Shown: piece after piece, positions 11,537 through 21,005 of the stretch
Position numbering within the stretch: the first letter of the stretch is position 1
Layout of the letters: each line of letters opens with the position of its first letter
Translations under genes and position numbers: made by a program
Origin: Bacteroidales bacterium
Lineage (GTDB): Bacteria > Bacteroidota > Bacteroidia > Bacteroidales > JAUNSR01
DNA: 64,000 nucleotides
Direction of reading: 5' to 3'
Assembly: GCA_030539115.1 (NCBI GenBank)
Contig: JAUNSR010000012.1
Coordinates: 4,309 to 68,308 of the forward strand
The notes under the pieces: model-generated
What the model was told of the DNA's origin: nothing
Database searches by the model: none
What the model saw: only the letters and a program-made list of their open reading frames with translations

Positions 11537-12016
11537 ATGAAGACAATATTGAATATATTTCTATATGTAGCATTGAATATTACATGTATGACTTCTTTTG
11601 CTCAGGATATTAGGTATAACCTCGCTGTGTGGGCTAAGGACGGTACGAAAGTGACATATACCTTGGCGGAGAACCCGAATATAACATTCACAAAGACAGA
11701 CTTGATTATAAAAACAAATACGGTACAGGTGAGTTATTCGCTTGAGCAAATGTTACGAATTACTTATGAAAAAATACCAACAACAGACGTTGTAAGTCTG
11801 GAAGAAAACAAGCCTTTTATATTTGACGGTGAATCGTTGCTGTTCAATGTTAGAGATGACAGAATGAAAGTTTCCATTGCTTCCTTAGATGGTAAAATCG
11901 TGTTTAGCCGCTCTTTGGAGAAAGCTAATACTCTATTGGTCCCACTCAAGTCTATTGGCTGTGGGGTTTTTGTTGTTTGTGTTAATGGGGTGACTTATAA
12001 AATTGCAGTTAAATGA
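11537..12016 (+). CDS. Hypothetical secreted protein with T9SS-type C-terminal sorting-domain-like tail
   Basis: The ORF track starts at 11501. The internal ATG at 11537 gives a canonical signal peptide, MKTILNIFLYVALNITCMTSFAQD. The C-terminal roughly 50 aa (KVSIASLDGKIVFSRSL...GCGVFVVCVNGVTYKIAVK) resembles the Por/T9SS CTD pattern. The stop overlaps the next start (ATGA). Confidence 0.6.
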   Translation: MKTILNIFLYVALNITCMTSFAQDIRYNLAVWAKDGTKVTYTLAENPNITFTKTDLIIKTNTVQVSYSLEQMLRITYEKIPTTDVVSLEENKPFIFDGESLLFNVRDDRMKVSIASLDGKIVFSRSLEKANTLLVPLKSIGCGVFVVCVNGVTYKIAVK

Positions 12017-14103
12017 GAAATATAATAATATTGATTCTCGCATTATTTATTGTTTCCAATATATCCGGTCAAAGATATCAAGGCGCTTTTATATTTAAGA
12101 ATGACAATACTTTATATTCTTTTGAACAATCAGAAATAGAAAGCATAACTCACGAGTTTATAGATGCTAAATGTTATCAGATAATTAAAACAGAACAGGA
12201 AACGTATAGTTTCCCTGTTGAAAATATTGACAGTATAACATTCGACATTCCAAAGAATATGTTACTTGAAATATCTAATGAAAATCTTAATGGATGGGAT
12301 TTTGGGTACTTATTTAATAATGAATATTGTGTTGGATATAGAGATTCAATTGATAACTCCATTGTTGTTTACATAAATAAAAGAGGCGATGATCTAAAAA
12401 ACGGTTTAATGATCTGTCTTAGTGAGGATGGTGAAGTTAAAAGTATCGGCAGTGTCGATAATCAGTGTAATGTAAAAATAGAAGAAACCCAAATTAATCT
12501 AAATTGCATTACAGATGACGGTTATGTAAAGACTGAAGTAATGCCGGTTTCTATGAATTCAAATGATGTCAATATCTTAACGAAAACAGGAATGTGGAGA
12601 CCTTTTTTTTATATACAAGTTGCTATCAATTTTATTTGTAATATTCAATCTACTACATCCATAAGTAAAGATATATTGAACTGGGATTGGGTCAAGTTAG
12701 GTAAAGATATTGTTTCAATAGCTGTTGAAAGTGGTGTGCCATTAGTAATATGTTCACCGCAAGCAGGTGTAATTATAACTATCGTATGCAGTGCTGTGGA
12801 TTATTGTAAGTATCAAAATTATGAGAAACAAAAAAAGGTAATATATGGAGATTGTACAGTATCTATAGATGATATAAGGAGCGAGAACGGACAATGTACT
12901 GTTTATACAACAATATTAAATGCTAATACAATACCTGATTATCTTATGAATTTTTATGAACCGATACCGGACGATGCAACAAGAAATCTTGTTTATTGTG
13001 GCGTTGTTGCAAGAGCTAATAATAAATTTGTTACCAATAGTCTCAATACACAAATGTCTGAAGAGGTGTTACTTAATGAAGATGTTAGACAGAGCCCTGA
13101 GTCTCATTATGCATTTATTATACCTAATGTACAACTTAATAAAAGCCATACTACATATTATTTTCGTCCATACCTTAAATCGACACGTCTGAAAAATAGT
13201 AAAGGGAATGTAGAAGAAGGGTATATAAAATATGGTGAGACTGTACCTTATCACTGTTTCAATGGAGAAATAAAAGAATTTACACAGTGGAGATCTGATT
13301 TTGATCATGAATATGTCTATTTTAATGCAACAATACATGCTTCAATAGAATCACTTGATGATATTGAAGAATGGGGCGTTTACATCTACAACTTGTACAA
13401 TGATAATCAATATACATATTATCCATCCTCATATAGAGCAGCAAAATTGGAGGATTTCATAGATATTGATGTCCCTATAAATAAAGATGAGTTTGACCAA
13501 GTAAATTATGAAAACTATTTTGCAGTCAAGAACATACAAGTAGGGATATATAAAAAAATAGAAGCCCCGGAATCATGTGATTATCTCTCATACTTTTTTA
13601 GCGAACCGGAAAATTATGAATTGATTTATGACAAAAAGCCAAAACTGAGTTTCTCTGATGCACATATAGATTTGACAAATAGCTATGACGAAGAAGATTA
13701 TGTTTTATATTATACATTATTTACATTCTCCTATGAAGCAGATGGTAGTTTCTGGTTTGACAATATGAATATTGGCTTACCAACAAATATTACTGATGAT
13801 GTAGGATTGATAAAAATAGAAAACGGTGATGGATTGCACAAGGAGACGTATGCATTTAGATATTCCTCTACCAATAGCAGTCAAAAATTCATGTATTTGA
13901 TTGGAAACCTTAAATTGGGGGGAACATTTGTAAGTGACAATATGCTTATGTTCTATGGAAAGCCTATAAATAGCGTCTCTATTGAGGAAAGTAAAAGGAA
14001 TATTGAAATGAACCAAAATTCTATCAAGGAAAGTCCCAATCTATTTGAAAAGAAATATACTCCTGTAATATCAAAAGTATCAAATAATGAGGAGTTTAAA
14101 TAA
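12013..14103 (+). CDS. Hypothetical 696-aa secreted/membrane-associated protein, no recognised family
   Basis: Long uninterrupted ORF with signal peptide MRNIIILILALFIVSNISGQ. It has two internal hydrophobic stretches (about aa 194-210 and aa 233-262). Codon usage is very A/T-rich, and it is translationally coupled to the upstream ORF. Confidence 0.7.
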   Translation: MRNIIILILALFIVSNISGQRYQGAFIFKNDNTLYSFEQSEIESITHEFIDAKCYQIIKTEQETYSFPVENIDSITFDIPKNMLLEISNENLNGWDFGYLFNNEYCVGYRDSIDNSIVVYINKRGDDLKNGLMICLSEDGEVKSIGSVDNQCNVKIEETQINLNCITDDGYVKTEVMPVSMNSNDVNILTKTGMWRPFFYIQVAINFICNIQSTTSISKDILNWDWVKLGKDIVSIAVESGVPLVICSPQAGVIITIVCSAVDYCKYQNYEKQKKVIYGDCTVSIDDIRSENGQCTVYTTILNANTIPDYLMNFYEPIPDDATRNLVYCGVVARANNKFVTNSLNTQMSEEVLLNEDVRQSPESHYAFIIPNVQLNKSHTTYYFRPYLKSTRLKNSKGNVEEGYIKYGETVPYHCFNGEIKEFTQWRSDFDHEYVYFNATIHASIESLDDIEEWGVYIYNLYNDNQYTYYPSSYRAAKLEDFIDIDVPINKDEFDQVNYENYFAVKNIQVGIYKKIEAPESCDYLSYFFSEPENYELIYDKKPKLSFSDAHIDLTNSYDEEDYVLYYTLFTFSYEADGSFWFDNMNIGLPTNITDDVGLIKIENGDGLHKETYAFRYSSTNSSQKFMYLIGNLKLGGTFVSDNMLMFYGKPINSVSIEESKRNIEMNQNSIKESPNLFEKKYTPVISKVSNNEEFK

Positions 14104-14467
14104 AATCTTCAATAGAAGTATATTGGGGCAGAATGAGTAAGAGTCCACTATAATTTCAAGGCTAAGATTATTACTATAGTGTCTGTTTTATATATGTAAT
14201 GATTGTCCAACATGGCTTAATTTGTGATATATTCAGAAACTGGATTTTTCGTGTACAGAAATAATGACAAAGCAGAAATTAAAGACATTCCTTATTATTA
14301 TCATACTGGTTTGTAGATGAAGAAAATAATATATTTAAGATTCTGATGAAAGAAAAGTTGTTGATAATTGCATATCAGATAATAGTTTGCCTGTTCAACT
14401 AATAAGATTAATGTTATCAATAAGAAGTAATCAGTTAGATTTTTAATAAATAACACTCAAAATACAT

Positions 14468-14534
14468 AAAACAAAAAACTCCCTGTAAACCATTTCTTTA
14501 TGTTTTAATAAAGAAAAATGATATTTACAGGGAG
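14468..14534 (-). terminator. Intrinsic terminator downstream of trpS
   Basis: On the minus strand, CTCCCTGTAAA...TTTACAGGGAG forms an 11-bp outer stem with an additional inner stem (ATAAAGAA/TTCTTTAT). It is followed by TTTTTTGTTTT. Confidence 0.8.
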
Positions 14535-14563
14535 AATTTGCTTGTATGTTCGATTATATAGCT

Positions 14564-15559
14564 CTATTTGAATGAGCGGAAGCCCATAACTTCTCTGACC
14601 TCTTTAAGTGTCTTGGCAGAACTTTCTCTTGCCTTTTCAGCTCCTAATTTAGCAACTTTATTAAGATAATCAGAGTCTTTAATTATATCCTGATATCTAT
14701 CACGAATTGGAGCAGTAACTTTTAGGATATCGGCTGCCAATTGTTTTTTCATATCGCCGTATCTTATTTCACACTTATTGTAAAGTTCATCAAAGTGGTT
14801 GTAAGTATCAGAAGTAGAAACCACTTTCATAAGAGTGAAAAGGTTTTCAATAACATCAGGTTTTTGCTGATTCATTTCAGTTGGTCCCTGGTCGGTAACA
14901 GCACGCATCACTTTTTTAGAAAGCACTTTATCTTCATCATTAAGATAAATACAGTTACCTTCAGATTTTCCCATTTTACCTGAACCGTCAAGTCCCGGAA
15001 TTTTTATAGGTTCACCTTTAAATTTGTATGCATCAGGTTCAGGAAATAGTTCCACACCATAAATCGTATTAAAACGACGGGCATATTTGCGGGTCATTTC
15101 AAGATGTTGCAATTGATCCTTACCAACAGGCACAAGATTTGCTTTGTGTTGTAAAATATCAGCAGCCATTAAAACAGGATAAGTAAGCAAACCTGCATTT
15201 ACATTCTCTGGCTGTTTACGAATCTTCTCCTTAAAAGAAACTGTTCTTTCAAGTTCCCCGACATAAGCATGCATATTAAGAAGAGTAAAAAGCTCACACA
15301 CTTCAGGAACGTCACTTTGAATATATATAGAAGACTTTTCAGGATCCAAACCGGCAGCAAGATATTCTGCAAGAATACTTTTTACGTTTGGATTAAGTTG
15401 AGTCGGGTCAGGATGAGTGGTCAATGAGTGATAATCGGCAATAAAGAAATAGCAATTATATTCATCTTGCATAGAAATGAAATTTCTTAAAGCTCCATAA
15501 TAATTACCTAAATGCAGATTGCCTGTTGAACGAATACCACTAACAACAATTTCTTTCAT
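14564..15559 (-). CDS. trpS: Tryptophan--tRNA ligase
   Basis: 331 aa with class I signatures: a HIGH-like GNLHLGNYYG and a KMSKS-like KMGKSEGN. Length and sequence are typical of TrpRS. Confidence 0.93.
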   Translation of the reverse strand: MKEIVVSGIRSTGNLHLGNYYGALRNFISMQDEYNCYFFIADYHSLTTHPDPTQLNPNVKSILAEYLAAGLDPEKSSIYIQSDVPEVCELFTLLNMHAYVGELERTVSFKEKIRKQPENVNAGLLTYPVLMAADILQHKANLVPVGKDQLQHLEMTRKYARRFNTIYGVELFPEPDAYKFKGEPIKIPGLDGSGKMGKSEGNCIYLNDEDKVLSKKVMRAVTDQGPTEMNQQKPDVIENLFTLMKVVSTSDTYNHFDELYNKCEIRYGDMKKQLAADILKVTAPIRDRYQDIIKDSDYLNKVAKLGAEKARESSAKTLKEVREVMGFRSFK

Positions 15560-15606
15560 GTTTATTTATATAATATATTTAATTTCCTTGTCATTAACTA
15601 TGTCTG

Positions 15607-15614
15607 CAAAAATA
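15607..15614 (-). promoter_or_regulatory. -7 box TATTTTTG (candidate trpS promoter)
   Basis: The reverse complement of CAAAAATA matches TAnnTTTG, 48 nt upstream of the trpS ATG. Confidence 0.45.
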
Positions 15615-15690
15615 ATCAATTACTTTTTATTTTTCTCTTAATGCCGTTATTTATGTAGCATAGTGTAATAATAAGCTTTATTAAGGCAAT

Positions 15691-15728
15691 AAAAAAAGCC
15701 GATGATACCTTTTCCGGTATTATCGGCT
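15691..15728 (-). terminator. Intrinsic terminator after the GH36-like gene (bidirectional architecture)
   Basis: AGCCGATGATACC-ttttcc-GGTATTATCGGCT forms a 13-bp stem with one mismatch. It is flanked by an A7 run on one side and a T-rich run on the other. Confidence 0.75.
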
Positions 15729-15778
15729 TTATATGTTTTTTTCGATAAGCACTACTTCAATAACAAGGAGAGAGAACC

Positions 15779-17854
15779 TTATTTGCCAATCTCATATTTA
15801 TATAAAACAAAGCTGTTTGGCTTGTCTAATTCAAATTTAATATTTCCATAACCATCACTCTTAATGTTCTGATCTTTGCCGTTTCCACAGATGCAGGTTA
15901 ATTTAATATTTGTTTCAGGAGCGATAAAAGAGTTGATATTGTGATTGTCAGAATTGTTGTTTTCTCTGTATATTAAAAAATAACCTTCATCTTGATTCTC
16001 CTGAGAGATAGATTGAAAACCGGTCCAGGAACAACCATTTGGCTCATTGCCAATCGGAAGAATAATCCCGTTATGAAAATCATACTGTACCTTTTTGTAT
16101 TTCTCGATTGTATCTTTTAAATAATCAGCTTCTGAGGGAAGATTTGATGCTTCAAACCAGGCAAGAGGTTGGCATGCCATTGTCGTAGCAAAAAGATATT
16201 CGAAGCTGTAGTTAAAAGGAGCAAATTTATCCTCTTGATTATACTTGTCTTTATTTCTCCAATTGTTTAAGAATTCAACCTGAAGATTTTCTGCGGGATA
16301 AAATTCCGAAAGCATCCAAGCATTTCTTAAAGTATGAAATGGATAATAGTTAGACCAGTCGGTATAACGGTTTTCCATAAAAAGATTGCCTGCATATCTG
16401 TAGGAGAATTGACCTCCTCTTATTTGAGCAGTCAGGTCGAGATTAAAGAAAACATCTCCGTCGGTTTCCTGTTTTACACGATCGAGCATGGCTTGAAAAT
16501 TTATTGCCGATTCTTTGTTTATCAGGGAAACGCCATCGATTTTAAAATATTTAATTCCATATTTTTTGTAAAAGTCAATCAATATCTGTGCATCCTTTTC
16601 CCAAAGAATAAAGTTGCGGTTCCCATTGGGGTTAAACCACAATCCTAAAATGACATTCATCTTCTTTGCGTAGTCGACAGTTCGTTTTAATCCGTTGGGA
16701 AATCTTTCTTTACTTAGAGTCCAAAGCTCGGATTCGCTTTTTTCTATTTGACTTAAATCGCCTTCAAAATTGTTTTTATTGAAATTGCCTTGCTGCCATC
16801 CTGCATCAATTTGAAAGTGAGTGATGCCCAATTGAGAGGCTCTTTTAATTTCAGCCAATACAAACTTTTCATTGACAACCTCTTCGCCTCCTCTGTCGCC
16901 CCAAGTATTGAGCAAAATCATTTCTCTGTCTTTACCAAAATCTGGAGCTGAGTTTCTTAAATAATTTCTTAAAGCAATTCTGCCATTGGTTTGCTTGTCG
17001 GAAATGCCAAAAGTGATGCTGTAGGCTGGTATAAACTCATTAAAAGAATTGGTTTTCTCTATTCCGGATAATGGAATGTAAAGGGAATTGTTTGAAACTA
17101 CAAAGTCGTAACCGGGAAAGTTCACCTGACTCGTAGTGTTGGGAGCCTCTTTTAAGATAAAGAAAGAGAACCCGTTATTTTTATTCTTTGCAAAGGCAAG
17201 ATTGCCTTTTTGTTTTATCTGCTGATTATATGGCATTAAATGAGATTTAAAAACTAAATTGTCATTTATGTCGGTCATGTCCCTAAACTCGATAAAGGAA
17301 TAGTCCCAGTGAATATCCTTAAATTGGTAGTTTAATTGTTTAAGATTTGCTGGATTGATATCTTTCAAATCAGTATATGATAATGAGTAGTCGAAAGTCA
17401 ATGCCGGAGTATTTGGAAATATTCTTATAATACGTTTAAGAGATAAGAGCTGATATTCATTGATTATTTCTATTTCAAGAGCTGCAGGCGATTTATAATC
17501 TTTGTCCTTTTTGTAAATCCTTATTTTTTTATTCCCTAAAAATTTATTGTTCTCACTTTCCAATATGCATCCGGAATTTGCATTTGAAAAATTTTGGCTT
17601 GTCTTACCTTTTTTATCATAAATGGAGAGAGGAATAATTTCGCCATTATTCAATTTCCATTTATATAAAATATATGCATTCTCAACATAAAGAGTGTCAT
17701 CGTTTATTTTGGCAACGCAATCTTTGTACGACTCCTTGATATTGACATTGTTGGAAAAAACGGGTGTGAAAAAAAATAATGAAGCAAAGATGCAAAACAG
17801 CTTTACAGGTAATTGAGTCAAAGTGACATAATTTGGTGCTTTAACTATTTTCAT
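15779..17854 (-). CDS. Putative alpha-galactosidase-like glycoside hydrolase (GH36/clan-D-like TIM barrel)
   Basis: 691 aa with a signal peptide. The central region NTWGDRGGEEVVNEKFVLAEIKRASQLGITHFQIDAGWQQG, LGLWFNPNG and YFKIDGV resembles the catalytic barrel of GH36/GH27 enzymes. The family assignment was made by eye only. Confidence 0.55.
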   Translation of the reverse strand: MKIVKAPNYVTLTQLPVKLFCIFASLFFFTPVFSNNVNIKESYKDCVAKINDDTLYVENAYILYKWKLNNGEIIPLSIYDKKGKTSQNFSNANSGCILESENNKFLGNKKIRIYKKDKDYKSPAALEIEIINEYQLLSLKRIIRIFPNTPALTFDYSLSYTDLKDINPANLKQLNYQFKDIHWDYSFIEFRDMTDINDNLVFKSHLMPYNQQIKQKGNLAFAKNKNNGFSFFILKEAPNTTSQVNFPGYDFVVSNNSLYIPLSGIEKTNSFNEFIPAYSITFGISDKQTNGRIALRNYLRNSAPDFGKDREMILLNTWGDRGGEEVVNEKFVLAEIKRASQLGITHFQIDAGWQQGNFNKNNFEGDLSQIEKSESELWTLSKERFPNGLKRTVDYAKKMNVILGLWFNPNGNRNFILWEKDAQILIDFYKKYGIKYFKIDGVSLINKESAINFQAMLDRVKQETDGDVFFNLDLTAQIRGGQFSYRYAGNLFMENRYTDWSNYYPFHTLRNAWMLSEFYPAENLQVEFLNNWRNKDKYNQEDKFAPFNYSFEYLFATTMACQPLAWFEASNLPSEADYLKDTIEKYKKVQYDFHNGIILPIGNEPNGCSWTGFQSISQENQDEGYFLIYRENNNSDNHNINSFIAPETNIKLTCICGNGKDQNIKSDGYGNIKFELDKPNSFVLYKYEIGK

Positions 17855-17969
17855 GGTAAAAAAATTATATTAGAATAAAGTCGATTAATTTTGTGTAATT
17901 AATGGTGAAGTACCGGTTTTTCATAATAAAAAGACCCGACAAATAATTATAATTGGTCAGGTCCTTATA

Positions 17970-18455
17970 TTAATAATCAATGTCTTCATCCATATCTTCC
18001 TCGATAGGAATCTGTCTTGAAAATGCCTCTTTGAAAGATATCAAAGATTCACTTCTCGAGAGGCCGAGAGGCTGCAACTTGTTATGGATAATGCTTAAAA
18101 GATGTCTGTTGTTTTTAGCATATATTTTTATAAACATATCGTATTGACCTGTGGTGTAATGGCATTCAACAACTTCAGGAATCTGTTTCAGCTTCTCTAT
18201 AACTTCGGGAAACTGATTAGGATTTTGAAGGTAAAGCCCCATATAAGCACAAGTCTCATAGCCGATCTTGTTGGTGTCGAGATCAAATTTTGAACCTTTG
18301 ATAATCCCTAAATTGGTGAGTTTCTGAACTCTTTGATGAATAGCCGCTCCTGAAACATTGCATTCCCGAGCAACCTCAAGAAAAGGAATGCGGGCGTTGT
18401 CCGCTATAAGCTTGAGAATTTTATAATCTAAACTATCCAGTTGATGATGTGCCAT
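17970..18455 (-). CDS. Lrp/AsnC family transcriptional regulator
   Basis: LDSLDYKILKLIADNARIPFLEVARECNVSGAAIHQRVQKL is the HTH_AsnC motif, followed by a C-terminal RAM/AsnC_trans_reg domain. 161 aa. Confidence 0.9.
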   Translation of the reverse strand: MAHHQLDSLDYKILKLIADNARIPFLEVARECNVSGAAIHQRVQKLTNLGIIKGSKFDLDTNKIGYETCAYMGLYLQNPNQFPEVIEKLKQIPEVVECHYTTGQYDMFIKIYAKNNRHLLSIIHNKLQPLGLSRSESLISFKEAFSRQIPIEEDMDEDIDY

Positions 18456-18732
18456 GCAGAAATTACTTTGTTGTTAATAATAATACAAAAATAATAATTA
18501 AATATTCGATTAACAATTCGCCGGCTTATAATTTATTACTAAATTGGTTTATATTTGTTTATTTCGTAATTTTAAAGGGTGAATAACAAATAAATATTTT
18601 TTTCATATATTCATTTAACGAAGTATAATAAGCTGCACCAAAATTTATTAGATGTCTGTTAATCAATAAATTGATTTATACTAATTATGTATATATTAAT
18701 TTATTTTATTGGTGTGCTGAATGTATTTATAA

Positions 18733-18740
18733 TAAATTTG
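18733..18740 (+). promoter_or_regulatory. -7 box TAAATTTG (candidate GNAT gene promoter)
   Basis: Perfect TAnnTTTG about 30 nt upstream of the ATG at 18772. Confidence 0.4.
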
Positions 18741-18771
18741 CATTGTTTATTTAATAATTAATAATTTGAAT

Positions 18772-19326
18772 ATGAGCAATAACTATTCATTGGAATATAT
18801 AGATACTCAGAATAAAGTTCAAGTTTCAACAATTGAAAAAATATACACCTATTCCTTTCCTGAAAATGAGAGAAGAGATTTCAATTTTTTGTTGGAACTT
18901 TTAAATAGTGATCCCTACTTTAACATTGTTGCAGTGAAAGATGAACAAACAACTATAGGTTTTATAACTTATTGGGAGTTTATGAAATATATATATATTG
19001 AACATTTTGCAATTGATGAATCTTACAGAGGAAAAGGCGCAGGCAAATTTGCTTTAAACAAGTTTCATCAGATAATACCTCTTCCGATAATTTTGGAGGT
19101 TGAGCCGCCGACCAATGAGCTGTCAAAAAGAAGAATATCATTTTATGAAAGATTAAATTTCTATCTTTGGTCCGATTTACATTATATACAGCCGCCATAT
19201 CGTATTGGAGGGGAGTCGTTGAAGTTAATTCTTATGAGCCTCGGGAAAATAGATCTTAATCGCATGTTTCAGGAAGTTGTTGATACACTGTATGATAAAG
19301 TCTATAAAGTCAAGGCGTTAAATTAA
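18772..19326 (+). CDS. GNAT family N-acetyltransferase
   Basis: Acetyl-CoA binding motif HFAIDESYRGKGAGKFAL. The ORF track begins at a TTG at 18766, and the first ATG is at 18772. Confidence 0.8.
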   Translation: MSNNYSLEYIDTQNKVQVSTIEKIYTYSFPENERRDFNFLLELLNSDPYFNIVAVKDEQTTIGFITYWEFMKYIYIEHFAIDESYRGKGAGKFALNKFHQIIPLPIILEVEPPTNELSKRRISFYERLNFYLWSDLHYIQPPYRIGGESLKLILMSLGKIDLNRMFQEVVDTLYDKVYKVKALN

Positions 19327-19387
19327 ACACCTTTCCAAAAATATTGTTGGGTAAGTATATGGTGATTAAAAATATACTTGATTTGAT

Positions 19388-20260
19388 ATGAAGCTCTTAA
19401 AAATATTATTTCTTCTTTTATTAACGTTTGGCGTTATTTCATCTTGTTCGAAGTCTGAAACAAAAAGGAAAAGAATCTCAGTTACAATTGTACCGCAAAA
19501 ATATTTCGCTGAAAAGATTGCAGGCGATAAATATGAGATAAATCTAATGGTGCCTGCAGGAAGCAGTCCTGAATCCTATGACCCGTCTCCATCCACCTTA
19601 ATCGATTTAGGTAAAAGCGAGGCTTATTTTATGATTGGAAAGATAGGTTTTGAAATTGTCTGGGCTGATAAGTTGAAATCAAATTACCCTGATTTGAAAT
19701 TTTTTGACAACTCGAAAAATATTGAATTTATAGAAACTAATGAGCATGAATGTTCTCATGAAGATGACCATCATCATGAAGGGGTTGACCCTCACATTTG
19801 GATGTCGCCCAATAATGCACTTGTCATTTCAAAGAACATGCTTGACGCATTTATAGACTTGGACCCATCCAACAAGGATTATTATATTTCAAATTATAAT
19901 GCATTGGCTGCAGAGATAGAATCGATGAAGTTAAAGATTGATTCAATAATGGGCACAGTCTCTAATAAATCATTTGTAATTTATCATCCCTCTTTGACCT
20001 ATTTTGCAAAAGATTATAATTTAAATCAGCTTTCCATTGAAAATGATGGAAAAGAGCCTTCTGCAATGTCTTTGAAAAATATTATTAATGAAATAAAAGA
20101 TGAGGGAACTTCAGTAGTTTTTATACAGGAGGAGTTTGATAAGAAAAATGCTGAAGTCATAGCAAATGAGATAGGAGGTAAGGTCGTAACAATTAATCCC
20201 CTTAGCTATAATTGGAGCGGGGAGATGATTAAAACGGCAAATGCTCTTTCTCAAAATTAA
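19388..20260 (+). CDS. Metal (zinc-type) ABC transporter substrate-binding lipoprotein, ZnuA-like
   Basis: Lipoprotein signal (GVISSCSK). It has the cluster-9 SBP fold pattern with a His-rich loop, HECSHEDDHHHEGVDPH. Confidence 0.85.
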   Translation: MKLLKILFLLLLTFGVISSCSKSETKRKRISVTIVPQKYFAEKIAGDKYEINLMVPAGSSPESYDPSPSTLIDLGKSEAYFMIGKIGFEIVWADKLKSNYPDLKFFDNSKNIEFIETNEHECSHEDDHHHEGVDPHIWMSPNNALVISKNMLDAFIDLDPSNKDYYISNYNALAAEIESMKLKIDSIMGTVSNKSFVIYHPSLTYFAKDYNLNQLSIENDGKEPSAMSLKNIINEIKDEGTSVVFIQEEFDKKNAEVIANEIGGKVVTINPLSYNWSGEMIKTANALSQN

Positions 20261-20314
20261 TATAACGTGATTTATCTTATTGCAAATTAAAAAAATCCCC
20301 CATTATTTAAAGTT

Positions 20315-20998
20315 ATGTATATGAAGCAAATAGAGGTGAAAAATCTTTCGGCAGGCTACGGTGGCGCTCCTGTTATCAGAGATATAAATCTTATAGTCGA
20401 TGAAAAAGATTTTGTAGGCATTATAGGCCCAAACGGCGGAGGAAAAAGCACTTTTGTTAAGACACTTCTCGGCCTTATAAAGCCAATGGGAGGGGAAATT
20501 AATTTTTATGAGAATGGTGTAATAGCAGATAAAATTCCTATGGGATATTTGCCTCAAAGAAACAATATTGACCATAATTTCCCAATCTCTGTATTTGATG
20601 TCGTGCTTTCAGGACTGATGAATAGCAGGCTTTTGGCAGGAAGAATTGATAAGAAACAAAAAGTCAGGGTGGAAGAGGCTCTCTCTCTTACAGGAATGAT
20701 TGACTATAAACAAAGAGCCATCGGATCTCTTTCAGGAGGGCAGATGCAAAGAGTGATGCTTAGCCGTGCAATAATAAGCAATCCAAAGGCCTTGATTTTA
20801 GATGAGCCAAATTCTTATATCGATAAGAAATTCGAAGCCAAACTTTATGAACTTTTGGCTGAGATAAATAAAAACACCACAATACTGATGGTTTCGCATG
20901 AGATAACTTCACTTGTTGATATGGTAACTAAAACTATTTCAATTGATGAGACTCTCAAACCTGCGGACTTGTCGTGTCCGTTTCATCATGATCATTAG
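20315..20998 (+). CDS. Metal ABC transporter ATP-binding protein, ZnuC-like
   Basis: Walker A GPNGGGKST, signature LSGGQMQR, Walker B LILDEP, and a C-terminal CPFHHDH tail. Confidence 0.9.
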   Translation: MYMKQIEVKNLSAGYGGAPVIRDINLIVDEKDFVGIIGPNGGGKSTFVKTLLGLIKPMGGEINFYENGVIADKIPMGYLPQRNNIDHNFPISVFDVVLSGLMNSRLLAGRIDKKQKVRVEEALSLTGMIDYKQRAIGSLSGGQMQRVMLSRAIISNPKALILDEPNSYIDKKFEAKLYELLAEINKNTTILMVSHEITSLVDMVTKTISIDETLKPADLSCPFHHDH

Positions 20999-21005
20999 TA
21001 ATATC

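Noticed and set aside
12603-12610. T8 homopolymer inside the 696-aa ORF, and A9-A10/T9-T10 tracts in spacers (11158-11166, 23056-23065, 40751-40759, 43461-43469, 63289-63298), considered as slipped-strand phase-variation switches
   Set aside because: The tract lengths are modest and such runs are common in low-GC genomes. There is no evidence of frame alternatives or a position between -33 and -7 promoter elements.
14264-14400. Three very short ORFs resembling signal peptides (MTKQKLKTFLIIIILVCR, MKKIIYLRF, MKEKLLIIAYQIIVCLFN), considered as remnants of decayed lipoprotein genes
   Set aside because: In AT-rich DNA, Lys/Ile/Leu/Phe-rich mini-ORFs arise by chance. None continues into a recognisable frame-shifted coding region.
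11115-14464. CTCAAAATAC 10-mer present on both sides of the 11.5-14.1 kb island (about 11115-11124 and 14455-14464), considered as target-site duplication or att sites
   Set aside because: A 10-mer match between two AT-rich spacers of about 670 and 460 bp is expected by chance at roughly order-one frequency. No integrase, transposase or inverted terminal repeats accompany it.
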